From: a virus
Lineage: Duplodnaviria > Caudoviricetes
Direction: 5' to 3' (one strand)
Virus record (IMG/VR): IMGVR_UViG_3300033121_002101
Coordinates: 132,532-196,531 of that record
Length of the DNA stretch: 64,000 bases
Shown here: one piece after another, positions 38,277-47,989 of the stretch
Position numbering within the stretch: position 1 is the stretch's first letter
Layout: the number at the start of each line of letters is the position of its first letter
Translations under genes and position numbers: made by a program
The notes under the pieces: model-generated
Seen by the model: only the letters and a program-made list of their open reading frames with translations
The model's database searches: none
What the model was told of the DNA's origin: nothing

Positions 38277-38648
38277 CTAGCAGCGTGGATCGTATCCCCA
38301 CCACGGCTTGTACGTCATACCGAACAAAAGAAAAGCAATATCACTGATAATGCATACAGATGCAAGATAGTGCTTTGAGATAAGATTGAAATGATCGTAG
38401 TCAATCTCAGCAATCTTATCAGAATGAATCCTAGGAGTACCTCTAGTCAGAGCTTTGAATGAATAAAGAACTGTCAGACGCTTCTGAAAGAATTTCAGCT
38501 TTGATTGATCATCACGTGATAGTTGATTATGTCTCTTGTGAATACAGCGCTTCAACTCTCTGACAGAGCTCTCATCAAACATAATCATTTCATTGATGAA
38601 CATGCGAGCATCATACCGAGTCTTAATCGACAATAGATTATCAATCAT
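38277..38648 (-). CDS. hypothetical protein
   Basis: coupled ORF. Confidence 0.6.
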   Translation of the reverse strand: MIDNLLSIKTRYDARMFINEMIMFDESSVRELKRCIHKRHNQLSRDDQSKLKFFQKRLTVLYSFKALTRGTPRIHSDKIAEIDYDHFNLISKHYLASVCIISDIAFLLFGMTYKPWWGYDPRC

Positions 38649-38827
38649 TTACTTGGCTCCTTGGGCTGGTATAGAATTTGAAAAACTCTATGCTTACAAT
38701 TTCCATCAATGTCGATTGGAGGAGTTTCAAAGTGTTCTTGTTTATCTTGTTGTTCTGCTGCAGTATCATTCCTCATACACTGCAAGCATTTATCGTGAGT
38801 ACCTTTGCAGAGAATATAGTCACTCAT
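38645..38827 (-). CDS. small Cys-containing hypothetical protein
   Basis: coupled ORF. Confidence 0.55.
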   Translation of the reverse strand: MSDYILCKGTHDKCLQCMRNDTAAEQQDKQEHFETPPIDIDGNCKHRVFQILYQPKEPSK

Positions 38828-39254
38828 ATGCCATACTCATTGCAATAGACTCTTTTACAACTCGTTTTACACAAAACTTTTCAATTTTTTTATTGCCATT
38901 TCGACATCCACAAATAATTCCACACTTTTCAGCAGAGTGAAAAATATATTCACTTCTTTGTGGATGTCTGTTTTCTGTAAAAAATTGACATGCAGTCGGA
39001 TCAATGATTGCACCGTCGGTAATTCTCACACACCACCAATGACCAACACCGTATACTTCACCTCCAACAACTGCTAATTCATGAAAATTATCAGCCATTA
39101 GATATGAAGCATCAACACACAAACCACCGAGGTCACCTTGACTCTTAAGCCAACTAGAATATTTTGTTCTGAACTTATCAACCCAATCTGTATAAAGCTG
39201 ATTGTCAAACTTCATTGGTGGGCTAATAATTTTTTCAGTGCAGTATTCATTCAT
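38820..39254 (-). CDS. hypothetical protein, transglutaminase-like C/H/D arrangement
   Basis: GLCVDAS...GHWWC...IIDPT..QF. Confidence 0.55.
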   Translation of the reverse strand: MNEYCTEKIISPPMKFDNQLYTDWVDKFRTKYSSWLKSQGDLGGLCVDASYLMADNFHELAVVGGEVYGVGHWWCVRITDGAIIDPTACQFFTENRHPQRSEYIFHSAEKCGIICGCRNGNKKIEKFCVKRVVKESIAMSMAYE

Positions 39255-39287
39255 TGTTTGTTCTCCACGTTAAAACAAACTTTATCG

Positions 39288-39395
39288 CGGCAACTGGTTG
39301 GATTCGAACCAACATGAAGTCCTCACGGATATTTCATCTGAAAGGTGCAGATCATTACACCCTGCAGACTCGTGTACCAATTCCGACACAGTGCC
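39288..39395 (-). ncRNA. 108 nt tRNA-like RNA with enlarged anticodon and variable arms
   Basis: GGCACTG/CAGTTGCC acceptor, Leu-type D arm, perfect T arm GTTGG-TTCGAAT-CCAAC, no canonical anticodon loop. Confidence 0.7.
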
Positions 39396-39402
39396 TTATT
39401 AA

Positions 39403-39645
39403 TCAACCAAGAAGAAGCTTTTCACCTTGTTCAGCTTCTTGTTTTGTAAGTTGCTGAACAGAACTTACTACCCTTTCAGAATATATTACTCCATCACATC
39501 TATTCATTGGACAATCAATTGAATAATTGCCAACAATTGAAGACATTCCAGGAACTGTTTCGTTTTCACTAAACTCAACTACAGCACTACATTTATTACA
39601 TGTACCTATATGAACTTTTACTTCTGGCCTTTTAATAATTTTCAT
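39403..39645 (-). CDS. hypothetical Zn-ribbon protein
   Basis: CNKC...CP...C. Confidence 0.6.
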   Translation of the reverse strand: MKIIKRPEVKVHIGTCNKCSAVVEFSENETVPGMSSIVGNYSIDCPMNRCDGVIYSERVVSSVQQLTKQEAEQGEKLLLG

Positions 39646-39648
39646 GAG

Positions 39649-39722
39649 TGATACCGAGAGGACTTGAACCTCTGACAAATGGTTTAGGAAACCACTACTC
39701 TATCCAACTGAGCTACGGTACC
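39649..39722 (-). tRNA. tRNA-Arg(CCU)
   Basis: GGTACCG/CGGTATC, GGATAGAG D loop, TT-CCT-AA. Confidence 0.95.
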
Positions 39723-39737
39723 TTAAAACATTTATAG

Positions 39738-39811
39738 TAGCCCATATAGGATTCGAACCTATGACCTACGGCTTAGAAGGCCGTCGCTCTATCCAGCTGA
39801 GCTAATGGACC
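39738..39811 (-). tRNA. tRNA-Arg(UCU)
   Basis: CT-TCT-AA, GGTTCGAATC. Confidence 0.95.
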
Positions 39812-39841
39812 ATATGAAGCTATAACTATAGCTTCATTGAA

Positions 39842-40060
39842 TTAACATTTTCTAACATCTCTTGGATGCTCTATCTCATAGACAGAACCATTAACAGATT
39901 TGACTTTCATTGAAAAATCTGTTAACTTAACAACCTCACCACAAACTTTACCATCTTCCCATCCATGTCTATGTCTGATGATAGCAACAGTGTCACCAAC
40001 AGAAAATTCATTTGAAAAAATTCTTTGCCGTGGTTGCTGTATGTTTTTTTCAGCTGCCAT
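39842..40060 (-). CDS. hypothetical protein, KOW/SH3-like
   Basis: FSVGDTV...GEVVK. Confidence 0.55.
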   Translation of the reverse strand: MAAEKNIQQPRQRIFSNEFSVGDTVAIIRHRHGWEDGKVCGEVVKLTDFSMKVKSVNGSVYEIEHPRDVRKC

Positions 40061-40109
40061 TTTAAATTTTATTTAAAATAATACATTCAAAACAACGTTT
40101 GAAAGAGCA

Positions 40110-40757
40110 TCACTCAGATTCATCAGTAGATTGCTTGAAGCCTGAGTAGTTGTCGTAATCGACAAGCGTTGCTTTTTCATTTACATTACACAAAAACTTT
40201 GGGCATCCATCAACATTCAAAAGCATTTCATCAATTTCAATAAAAGCGCAAAATGCCTTGTCATCTTTTTCAAGCTGAATCTTATTCGCAAACATAAACG
40301 GATCGACAAGGCGAGCATGTTTACTCTGCTCTTCATCAGAAACACTTGGCAGTTTGAAGTTGTCAATCATCCATTGAAAAGTTTCAACTGTCTCATTAAC
40401 CTTTTCATCGTCGATATTCTTAAACCGTGCAACAACTTCATCACAAACTCTTTCATAATCAGACCAAAGCTTTATCATCTTATCTTTATAGAGCTCATAC
40501 AACTCACTTTCAGGCTGATCACAAATCCAGCAATGCCCGCATGTAGGACACTCTTTGTGGATGTTGTCATGATCGGCACTGTCAGACAAATCATCAATAA
40601 CATCTTCATGACTTCTACTAGAAATCAAAACATTCGAATGTCTTGGAGTGACATTCACTTTGCAAGAAGGACAAAAAATTTCACTCATAATAATTCTCCT
40701 GTTGATGATAGATTGAAATCTACAATCAATCAGAGAAATATTCTCTCTGAGATGCAT
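40110..40757 (-). CDS. hypothetical protein with Zn ribbon
   Basis: CPSC...CPTC. Confidence 0.65.
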   Translation of the reverse strand: MHLRENISLIDCRFQSIINRRIIMSEIFCPSCKVNVTPRHSNVLISSRSHEDVIDDLSDSADHDNIHKECPTCGHCWICDQPESELYELYKDKMIKLWSDYERVCDEVVARFKNIDDEKVNETVETFQWMIDNFKLPSVSDEEQSKHARLVDPFMFANKIQLEKDDKAFCAFIEIDEMLLNVDGCPKFLCNVNEKATLVDYDNYSGFKQSTDESE

Positions 40758-40759
40758 TT

Positions 40760-41197
40760 TTATTTTGCATCAAATTCAGATTCGAGAGCAACAGATGACG
40801 ACTCAGTTTCTCTCAAACAATCATCAAACTCATCTTCAGAGTATTTCTCATCTAAACGCACGATCACAGAACACCCGTCAACACCTTCAACAACACCTCT
40901 TTCTTCTGGCAATCCGACGACAGGAACATTTTTCGGTAAAACAACACGATCACCTTTATTAAAATTTATATTTTTGTACCACTCATCATCTTCAAGAAAC
41001 CAAGTAAAACCAAGATCATCGCGTACTTGAGGTTCACTGCCATCAAAATTTCTGACAATGTCAGAAACATCTGACTTTCCATCCCAATCATCAAGTTGTT
41101 TTTGAAATCCAGCAACTACTGAACTTGCTTCAGCAAATGAATCAACATCAATTGTTGTTAGAAGGCCGCCTCTAGCACCCATGATTTTCAATTTCAT
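40760..41197 (-). CDS. hypothetical acidic protein
   Basis: AGGA RBS. Confidence 0.65.
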   Translation of the reverse strand: MKLKIMGARGGLLTTIDVDSFAEASSVVAGFQKQLDDWDGKSDVSDIVRNFDGSEPQVRDDLGFTWFLEDDEWYKNINFNKGDRVVLPKNVPVVGLPEERGVVEGVDGCSVIVRLDEKYSEDEFDDCLRETESSSVALESEFDAK

Positions 41198-41472
41198 TTT
41201 AAATTCCTATGCTGAAATTCTTTAACGTTGTTCATTTTCTAGTTGTTTACAGTCATTGTATCCATGCAGAACATTGTCTTGAACTAGAGATCCATGCTCT
41301 TTGCCACGTTCATCATAGTACGGAACAAGGACTAAATTGCATGCGCAAAGAAGACCATTCTTTTTGTTAATTTCGATTTGTTCTTTTCCCATTTTTTGTA
41401 CCCCTCTTGTCAAATAGTTGAATTAACATTCAGATATTTGATCAGACTGTACAACAGTCTAAACGAAATTGC

Positions 41473-41898
41473 TCAGTAATCGTAACCTCTATCTCTCTCA
41501 AGATACTCCATCAGCTTCTCATCTTCATTCCAATGCTCATAAGGTCGCATCATACGAGCGCCGAGCTCATTTAGAGAATCAAGAAGAGAATTCATTTCTG
41601 CATCAAAAGCAGCTTGCTTTGCATCATCACGTGATTTATTCATGATGCGAGCAAGTTCAGCTTCTTCTTCAGAATCATATTCTGGTTCATAACACTCTTG
41701 ATCATCAGGGTACCCATATCTCATGCCATGCATAAGATTTTCGTTGTCTTGTTCTTTTTGCATAACATTGATTCTTGCAACAATTGGAGCAATAAGCTTT
41801 TCTCGCTTATCTTTTTCCATTGCAATAAAATCTTCATCAGTATCTTGATCGAAATCTTTAAAAACACCGTCAAGCCATGTCCATCCAGACATTTTCAT
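41473..41898 (-). CDS. highly acidic hypothetical protein
   Basis: AGGAG RBS. Confidence 0.7.
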   Translation of the reverse strand: MKMSGWTWLDGVFKDFDQDTDEDFIAMEKDKREKLIAPIVARINVMQKEQDNENLMHGMRYGYPDDQECYEPEYDSEEEAELARIMNKSRDDAKQAAFDAEMNSLLDSLNELGARMMRPYEHWNEDEKLMEYLERDRGYDY

Positions 41899-41903
41899 TC
41901 TCC

Positions 41904-42332
41904 TTAAAAGTTGTGAGAATTTGCGTAAACAGTTTTTGCAACTGAAAAATCTTCATCGATCAATTGATAGATGTATAAATTCCAGTCGCTGAAATGAAAC
42001 ATTGCGCGTCTGCCGTCCTCGAGACGAACTTCAAAGCCACTGTGATTATAGACAATAGGATAATCACAACCAGGTCTATAAAGTTCAGCAAACTGATGCT
42101 TCAAATCATAAACATAACTTTTCAGCAGTTCATACTTGTGCTTTGTATCTTCGTCTCTAGAAAACGTTCCATTCATGCAATCGATCGTAAGCAATTTAGC
42201 ACTACGTCTATTGTTTCCTGCGTCTTGCCACTCTCTGTAAGACCAATATTTGATAATCGAATCAACTGCTGGTGCATCAATTCTTTTGCACAATTCATTT
42301 ACAACTTCTTTTGTTGACATTTTAACCCTCAA
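41904..42332 (-). CDS. hypothetical protein
   Basis: packed ORF. Confidence 0.6.
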   Translation of the reverse strand: MRVKMSTKEVVNELCKRIDAPAVDSIIKYWSYREWQDAGNNRRSAKLLTIDCMNGTFSRDEDTKHKYELLKSYVYDLKHQFAELYRPGCDYPIVYNHSGFEVRLEDGRRAMFHFSDWNLYIYQLIDEDFSVAKTVYANSHNF

Positions 42333-42643
42333 CTGTTTACAGCAATGTTATTACATTCGTTACAAAGTCCAGTTATGTGAGTTTGTGGTATCTTTTCGCA
42401 ACTAAAACACATTACAACTTCACATTCGCAATCATTCCAGTAAAAACCGCTATATGGAATGTCATTACCATCCCACAAAATCCATGAATAGTTATCGTCA
42501 TCAATATCAATTTTTACAACTGTTCCAAACCTCTCTTTTGTAAGAGATTTAACTCTCAAACCAACAACGATTTCACTTATAGCAAGATCAGAAATTTTCA
42601 TTTTGTTCTCCTGTTGACGAATAAAACTAAATTCATTCGTCAA
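42329..42643 (-). CDS. hypothetical protein
   Basis: AGGAG before internal ATG. Confidence 0.6.
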   Translation of the reverse strand: MTNEFSFIRQQENKMKISDLAISEIVVGLRVKSLTKERFGTVVKIDIDDDNYSWILWDGNDIPYSGFYWNDCECEVVMCFSCEKIPQTHITGLCNECNNIAVNS

Positions 42644-42674
42644 TCAAACAACAAAACGTTTCTATTTCATTTTC

Positions 42675-42896
42675 CTATTGTCTATTTTGTTTCCAAGCCT
42701 CTGCCCAAAAAGGAATTTCATCTTCAAACAATTCAACATCTGACTCACAGTCATACTCTGAATCAGAGATTGCTTTTTGTCTTGCGCGTGACCTGTGATC
42801 AGTGTTAAACCCTTTTGGTACACACCATGAACAAAGGCACGATTTTCTTGTCAATTTTATTGGGCTGTCACTTCTTTTCGCGCCGTATGGCTTCAT
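42675..42896 (-). CDS. hypothetical protein
   Basis: MKPYG start, CLCSWC. Confidence 0.6.
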   Translation of the reverse strand: MKPYGAKRSDSPIKLTRKSCLCSWCVPKGFNTDHRSRARQKAISDSEYDCESDVELFEDEIPFWAEAWKQNRQ

Positions 42897-43123
42897 TAAC
42901 TATCCTTTAATTTTTTCGCAGTCGCAAAAACACCTTTACACCCACTACAACTTAGTGGATCTGTACATTTTCCAGTACAGCGGATATACGATTTGTTGTA
43001 AAATTCTTCTGCAACTGCAACAAAACTATCAAGCAATTTTCTTTTTGCCCAATAGTTTTTTGATTTTAGAATTTCTCTTCCAATTGTCAAAAGAGCTTTT
43101 TGTTTGTTAGTCATTTTAATCAC
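42896..43123 (-). CDS. hypothetical protein (paralogue of 49097)
   Basis: MTNKQK.LL..GR.ILK...C.GC.G. Confidence 0.6.
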   Translation of the reverse strand: MIKMTNKQKALLTIGREILKSKNYWAKRKLLDSFVAVAEEFYNKSYIRCTGKCTDPLSCSGCKGVFATAKKLKDS

Positions 43124-43129
43124 TTAAAA

Positions 43130-43420
43130 TCAAAATCTAAAAGTTGCATAGTGAAGTTCGCCATTTGGAAACAAACATTCAAATGATTTAACTTCATTCA
43201 TATCAATTGGTTTTTCACCAAAGCTGTTTGCGTTTCTCATTGGTGCAACAATAAATTCTTTAACGTCAACACCACAAAAGTACTTTAAATACCCATGTAC
43301 TTTATTTGCTGCATCTTCACAGTTTTCTGCTGCTTGCAAAAGATTCTTTCTTTCTGAAATAAAATCAAAGCAGACAATGTAAAATTGCTTTTCACTCATA
43401 TTCAACCCACTTTTCTCCAT
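43130..43420 (-). CDS. hypothetical protein
   Basis: packed ORF. Confidence 0.55.
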   Translation of the reverse strand: MEKSGLNMSEKQFYIVCFDFISERKNLLQAAENCEDAANKVHGYLKYFCGVDVKEFIVAPMRNANSFGEKPIDMNEVKSFECLFPNGELHYATFRF

Positions 43421-43607
43421 TCCAAACCAATGGTGAACTCTTTTTAAAACTCATTATTAATTTTCCATCTTCAACTGAAAGAAAACAATCACTAAGAAAA
43501 TAGTCACTTGCCATGTCGTTAACAGCAGTAGGAAACATTTCACTAACAACATCGAATGTCGTGTCAATAAATTTAATAGTAGCATTGTTGAATTTAACAA
43601 CTTGCAT
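43392..43607 (-). CDS. hypothetical protein
   Basis: AAGGA RBS. Confidence 0.55.
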   Translation of the reverse strand: MQVVKFNNATIKFIDTTFDVVSEMFPTAVNDMASDYFLSDCFLSVEDGKLIMSFKKSSPLVWNGEKWVEYE

Positions 43608-43624
43608 TTTGATATCCTTTCAAA

Positions 43625-43685
43625 TGATTAGAAAAATTATCCGGCAGTACATTTGTTGTACTGTCGTGTAAACATTCTCTAATCA
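43625..43685 (-). promoter_or_regulatory. intergenic hairpin with CA/GA internal loop (family H2)
   Basis: - strand GTTTA-CA-stem...stem-GA-TAA, shared with 46218 and 50051. Confidence 0.6.
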
Positions 43686-44214
43686 AGCATTCGATTCAAA
43701 ATACTCTCTGATCTTTGAAAGATACTTCACAGCATCATTAGAGCCTTCAATCGTTAAGGAATAAGATTTGGCTGCATCCAACCAAACCACTTGCAAGTAC
43801 ATTTGTACAGCCTTGCAGAGCCAGGCATGTACTCTGTTCCGTAAACATGAGTAGAGTTTGATATTCCTTCGGTGAGCTTGTGACCTTCACCAGAATGCTC
43901 AGCTAACCGATTCTTTTCTCTTTGTGTTAGCTTCATGACAATGTTATTTATTGCTTATTGTCAAATCTCTCTGAGAGAAAGCCTATTGCAATAAGCAAAA
44001 TGCAAATTGTTTGAAATGCAATCACTTTACCTCAACTTAATAACCAAGATATAGATTAGTTCAGGATGTTGTTCTTCATATTTCTTCAAAGACTCTACAG
44101 CTTCTTCTAAAGAAATGAAATCTTCTGGCACTTCATTCCAAGTAAAGCTTGGATGATTTCTCCAAAGAACCATGTAATCCATTGTTTTATCCTTTCACAC
44201 ATTTCGAAAGTTTT

Positions 44215-44592
44215 TCAGCAATACTTTGGCTTGCGAAGCTTTTCCATATACCCAAGATCAGCTTCTTTAAAAAGAACATACCCATTACCACTGAAAAGCT
44301 TTAGAAGGCGCTCTTTTTCATTGTTCACAGCTTGCTCATCATCCCACTTCAGAATATTGTTTTGCATGATTGCAAGATGAGTGCTGTAAGTCTTAATGAA
44401 ATCTTCAGGAATACGAGATCCATATAGATCTTCATCTGAAATTTCATATTCAGTCGTTTCTACCGTTGCAAGAAACGGAACAGCAGCTTCAAGCAGATAT
44501 TGACCATAATACCAACCGCCTTCTTCTGGTCCGCCATACATTTGTCCAACAGTATACACAGAGAGAAAACAAATCTTTTTAGACTCGCTCAT
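44215..44592 (-). CDS. conserved phage hypothetical protein
   Basis: YGGPEEGGWYY motif. Confidence 0.7.
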   Translation of the reverse strand: MSESKKICFLSVYTVGQMYGGPEEGGWYYGQYLLEAAVPFLATVETTEYEISDEDLYGSRIPEDFIKTYSTHLAIMQNNILKWDDEQAVNNEKERLLKLFSGNGYVLFKEADLGYMEKLRKPKYC

Positions 44593-44604
44593 TGTAGCTC
44601 TCCT

Positions 44605-44820
44605 TTATTTTCTGACAATCGTAATTCCACAACTCATGCAAATATTATCACCATTGTCAGCACGTTCTGTACGATCATGGTGACAATAAACTGAATATGG
44701 AAATGCTTCACTGCGACAAGTTTTACAGTTTGGATCAATTGTAAACATGTAAAGCATATTCGGCTTTAAAACAAGTCGAGATGCTTCACAAAGTCTCATT
44801 TCACAAATGTGTTCAGCCAT
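44605..44820 (-). CDS. Cys-rich hypothetical protein
   Basis: packed ORF. Confidence 0.55.
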   Translation of the reverse strand: MAEHICEMRLCEASRLVLKPNMLYMFTIDPNCKTCRSEAFPYSVYCHHDRTERADNGDNICMSCGITIVRK

Positions 44821-45022
44821 TTGGATATTCCTTGTTAAGTCTTGCCAACAAGTTTCTTGTTACAGAATTATATACAAATTCTGCTTCAATACAACTTGTG
44901 TTGTAATTTTCATAGTTTACAACCCATTCATTTTCTTTATCACTGAAAGAAACAGAAACGATGTCTTCAATATCTTGCTTTTGCCTTTCAACAATCAAAT
45001 CAATAATTGCTTGTTTGTTCAT
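44813..45022 (-). CDS. hypothetical protein
   Basis: follows tRNA-Leu. Confidence 0.55.
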   Translation of the reverse strand: MNKQAIIDLIVERQKQDIEDIVSVSFSDKENEWVVNYENYNTSCIEAEFVYNSVTRNLLARLNKEYPNG

Positions 45023-45050
45023 TTTAAAGCCTTTCAGTTAAAATCTTTTG

Positions 45051-45123
45051 TGCTCCCTGTCGGACTCGAACCGACACTAAAAGGATCCTAAATCCTTCGC
45101 CTCTGCCATTGGGCTAAGAGAGC
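45051..45123 (-). tRNA. tRNA-Leu(UAG) with short variable loop
   Basis: GCTCTCT/AGGGAGC, AAGGA-TT-TAG-GA-TCCTT, V loop TTAGT. Confidence 0.9.
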
Positions 45124-45260
45124 TAGTGGTAATCTCTGCGGCAAGTGTATCTGTAGTTAATTACTCTACAGTCATTCTTGACGGGTACCTAGGTTTATTT
45201 TTTGAAGGGTAAACCTACAAATCTGCTGGGTTTATAAGACGCTAGCACCCTGAAATTAGC
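45124..45260 (-). ncRNA. candidate structured ncRNA directly 5' of tRNA-Leu(UAG)
   Basis: ends pair (TAATTTC/GAGATTA); nested stems GGGT/ACCC, TAGGTTTA/TAAACCTA, CAAG/CTTG, CTGTAG/CTACAG. Confidence 0.5.
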
Positions 45261-45263
45261 GAA

Positions 45264-45587
45264 TTAAAAATACATTCGCTCATCAACATAATGACTTTCA
45301 TTAATCATCATCAGCTTGATAATATCACGATGACGAAGATTAACAATGTCAAGAAACTGATCATACACTTTGTCATCTTTTTCAAGAATATCTGCGTACG
45401 CAATACACTTGCCATCAACGTTAAGTGTAGACCCACTCAATCCGCAAGAAGTAAATTCAACTCTGCGAACTGAACCATCAGAGAAAGTTTCAGAAAAGCA
45501 CATTGAACTTACTCCGTAAAGGTCATGAGAAGGTCCAATCGTCTTGTGCTTCTCAGTAAGCTTACGTTTAATAACAAGAGTTGTCAT
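45264..45587 (-). CDS. hypothetical protein
   Basis: AGGAG RBS. Confidence 0.65.
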   Translation of the reverse strand: MTTLVIKRKLTEKHKTIGPSHDLYGVSSMCFSETFSDGSVRRVEFTSCGLSGSTLNVDGKCIAYADILEKDDKVYDQFLDIVNLRHRDIIKLMMINESHYVDERMYF

Positions 45588-45618
45588 TTTTTTCTCCTTA
45601 GAAGATTTTAAATCAGAG

Positions 45619-45692
45619 TGCATCATATAGGATTCGAACCTATGACCTACGGCTTAGAAGGCCGTCGCTCTATCCAGCTGAGCTAATGATGC
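45619..45692 (-). tRNA. tRNA-Arg(UCU)
   Basis: identical to 39738-39811 except acceptor stem. Confidence 0.95.
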
Positions 45693-45982
45693 ATTGTGAA
45701 TGCATAAACTGTTTGTTTGCATTCATATTAAATTATACAACATTGAAGTTGTACATTAATTTGAACATTAGAAGAATTCCTTATTTGTATCCTTTCCAAT
45801 GCTCAACAACTACTTTATAGATTTTATATCTATTACTATTTGCTTTGTTAAATTCTCTTGTTGTACGTCTGTTTAAAAACAAAGTACCAACACAATTTTC
45901 AATGTTTAGTGCGCGAGTTACTCCTTTGTAAACACAAAGCCAAAACTTTTTTCTTTTAATTTTGCCTCTGTATTTCAATTTT

Positions 45983-46189
45983 CTACTCGTGCAGTTCAAT
46001 CAAAAGAACAGGATACTTTTCATGGCGATCGCAAGAATGGGTAATTCTTACGATTCTCAATTGTGGCTGTGTTCTGTTAGGGCCCTCTCCTTCAACATAA
46101 TGACCAATTTGTGGCACACATGCAAGAATTTCTGGCCACCTTACAAGCTTAAACCTGTCAATATTTGTATGACACTTGATCCTGATCAT
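45983..46189 (-). CDS. hypothetical protein
   Basis: AGGA RBS. Confidence 0.55.
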   Translation of the reverse strand: MIRIKCHTNIDRFKLVRWPEILACVPQIGHYVEGEGPNRTQPQLRIVRITHSCDRHEKYPVLLIELHE

Positions 46190-46217
46190 TTTGCAATCCT
46201 TGTTTTAAATTTCATAT

Positions 46218-46276
46218 CTGAAAATTTATCTCTTTCTAAATTCGATTAAGACATTTAGAAAGATGTAAACATTCAG
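46218..46276 (-). promoter_or_regulatory. intergenic hairpin with CA/GA internal loop (family H2)
   Basis: CTGAA-T-GTTTA-CA-TCTTTCTAAAT...ATTTAGAAAGA-GA-TAAAT-T-TTCAG on - strand. Confidence 0.65.
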
Positions 46277-46282
46277 TATGTT

Positions 46283-47113
46283 CTACTTTCTGAAAAGAAC
46301 ATCGACAAGATTCATCCGCAATGTAGTAAGGCGTTCACGAAGTGCATGGACATCTTTCGGAAGATCGAGATCACTTGGCCAAAGCTTGGTGCCATCTGCT
46401 GGTAAATTTGAATCGATATCATAAAGCAAATGATGAATGTCCTTTGCTTCTTGCAAAGAAATATCAACACGCTTTTCAGTATCACAATCAGAGTAAACGT
46501 CTGTTTTCCAAGGCGGAAAACTTACAATACGTTCAGCTTTGTACATGTGGCAACGACCTGCAACTTCATCATTATCAAACCACCCAGTGCTAGTTGTACT
46601 GTCATCAATGTAAAAAGAAAGGTCTCTATCACATATATGCTTGTACGCGTGAATTACTTCAGCAGAAGAATGAAAAACTTTTTTGCTGATGATAGAAGAA
46701 GTTTTGTCTTTGCAGTTAAGATCAACTGCTCTAACAAGCCAATGATCCCAATTTGACATCACCTTTCTGATATCTGTAATTCTACTGAAACCAGATTCAG
46801 ACAACACATCACTGCTTGCATCATCGATACTCAATCCAAATTTCTTTTGCTCATTAAGCAAAGAACATCCACCAGTACCACAATCATGCAAATACCATCC
46901 AGATTCAAAACGGAAAATCGGACCTTCGTATACTCCGAATCGTGGATCGCCGCCAGAACTTTCTTCAATTTGATCATAAACCCAAGGAGCTTCTTCTTTA
47001 AGATCAATTGGATTTACAAGCCTGTTGAAGATTGACACACCATCGATACGCCTATGCATATCATTCCACATGCGGGTTTCATCATACCAACGTCGCCAAC
47101 GTTCGATTGACAT
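46283..47113 (-). CDS. hypothetical protein
   Basis: AGGAG RBS before ATG 47113. Confidence 0.7.
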   Translation of the reverse strand: MSIERWRRWYDETRMWNDMHRRIDGVSIFNRLVNPIDLKEEAPWVYDQIEESSGGDPRFGVYEGPIFRFESGWYLHDCGTGGCSLLNEQKKFGLSIDDASSDVLSESGFSRITDIRKVMSNWDHWLVRAVDLNCKDKTSSIISKKVFHSSAEVIHAYKHICDRDLSFYIDDSTTSTGWFDNDEVAGRCHMYKAERIVSFPPWKTDVYSDCDTEKRVDISLQEAKDIHHLLYDIDSNLPADGTKLWPSDLDLPKDVHALRERLTTLRMNLVDVLFRK

Positions 47114-47146
47114 GAGTTGTTGCTCCTTTTGTTGTAATAAAAGTAG

Positions 47147-47218
47147 TGCTCCCAGCAGGACTCGAACCTGCAACCAACGGATTAAAAGTCCGCTGCTCTA
47201 CCATTGAGCTATGGAAGC
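47147..47218 (-). tRNA. tRNA-Lys(UUU)
   Basis: GCTTCCA/TGGGAGC, CT-TTT-AA, GGTTCGAGTC. Confidence 0.95.
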
Positions 47219-47254
47219 GAAATACAGGCAAGTGATCTAAAAACGAATCACCTT

Positions 47255-47533
47255 TCAGCTTTCAAATCTGTTTCTCAAAGACATGCGATTACCATAGTAG
47301 CATTTAAAATCTATAAAAGAACATGCTTCAATTGCTACGTCATCTGGTATATCTTCATTCAAAAATAATCCAAGCATATCACAAAGCTGGCCAATTTTAT
47401 ATCGATCAAAATGCTGCGCAGCTTCTTCTCTACTACCAAAAACAAAATACCCAAGCACTCTCCCAAGGCCATTGAGACCATCATCTGTCACAATTAAAAG
47501 AAAGTCTTCATTTTTTAGATCTTGCATCTGCAT
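47255..47533 (-). CDS. hypothetical protein
   Basis: AGGAG RBS. Confidence 0.6.
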   Translation of the reverse strand: MQMQDLKNEDFLLIVTDDGLNGLGRVLGYFVFGSREEAAQHFDRYKIGQLCDMLGLFLNEDIPDDVAIEACSFIDFKCYYGNRMSLRNRFES

Positions 47534-47621
47534 TGTGTTTTTCTCCTGTCAACATATTAATACATCGATTAATACGTTGATCAGAGGCATGTCTGTTCGA
47601 CATGCAACCGAACATCAATAG

Positions 47622-47978
47622 TTACTCATTACCGTGAATAAAAGCGATTAGCTCGCAGTCGGCTTCCTCCTCACCGTTACGATCGACAAACACCAAGTGA
47701 TGCCGACCCTGCGCACGAACAACATGCGAATTCATTCGAGCAGCGGTTTGAGTACAACCAACAGTGATGAAGACAGTTGGGTCATTTTCATTGCCGTCAA
47801 CAACGTAGACATCTTGCGAAGATCGAGTAACACTTGCATGCTTCTGAGCAGCATGAGGAATGATCATAGAGATGAGCATGATAACCTTGTTGAGCATCGT
47901 CTTTATCCTCTTGAATGCCATAATCAACCACTGTGATTTGTTATGGCATCCAATGGGATGCGTGAATGTCTCACGCAA
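47622..47978 (-). CDS. hypothetical protein, possibly exported
   Basis: hydrophobic N-terminal stretch. Confidence 0.55.
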   Translation of the reverse strand: MRETFTHPIGCHNKSQWLIMAFKRIKTMLNKVIMLISMIIPHAAQKHASVTRSSQDVYVVDGNENDPTVFITVGCTQTAARMNSHVVRAQGRHHLVFVDRNGEEEADCELIAFIHGNE

Positions 47979-47989
47979 CGATTTGTTAC

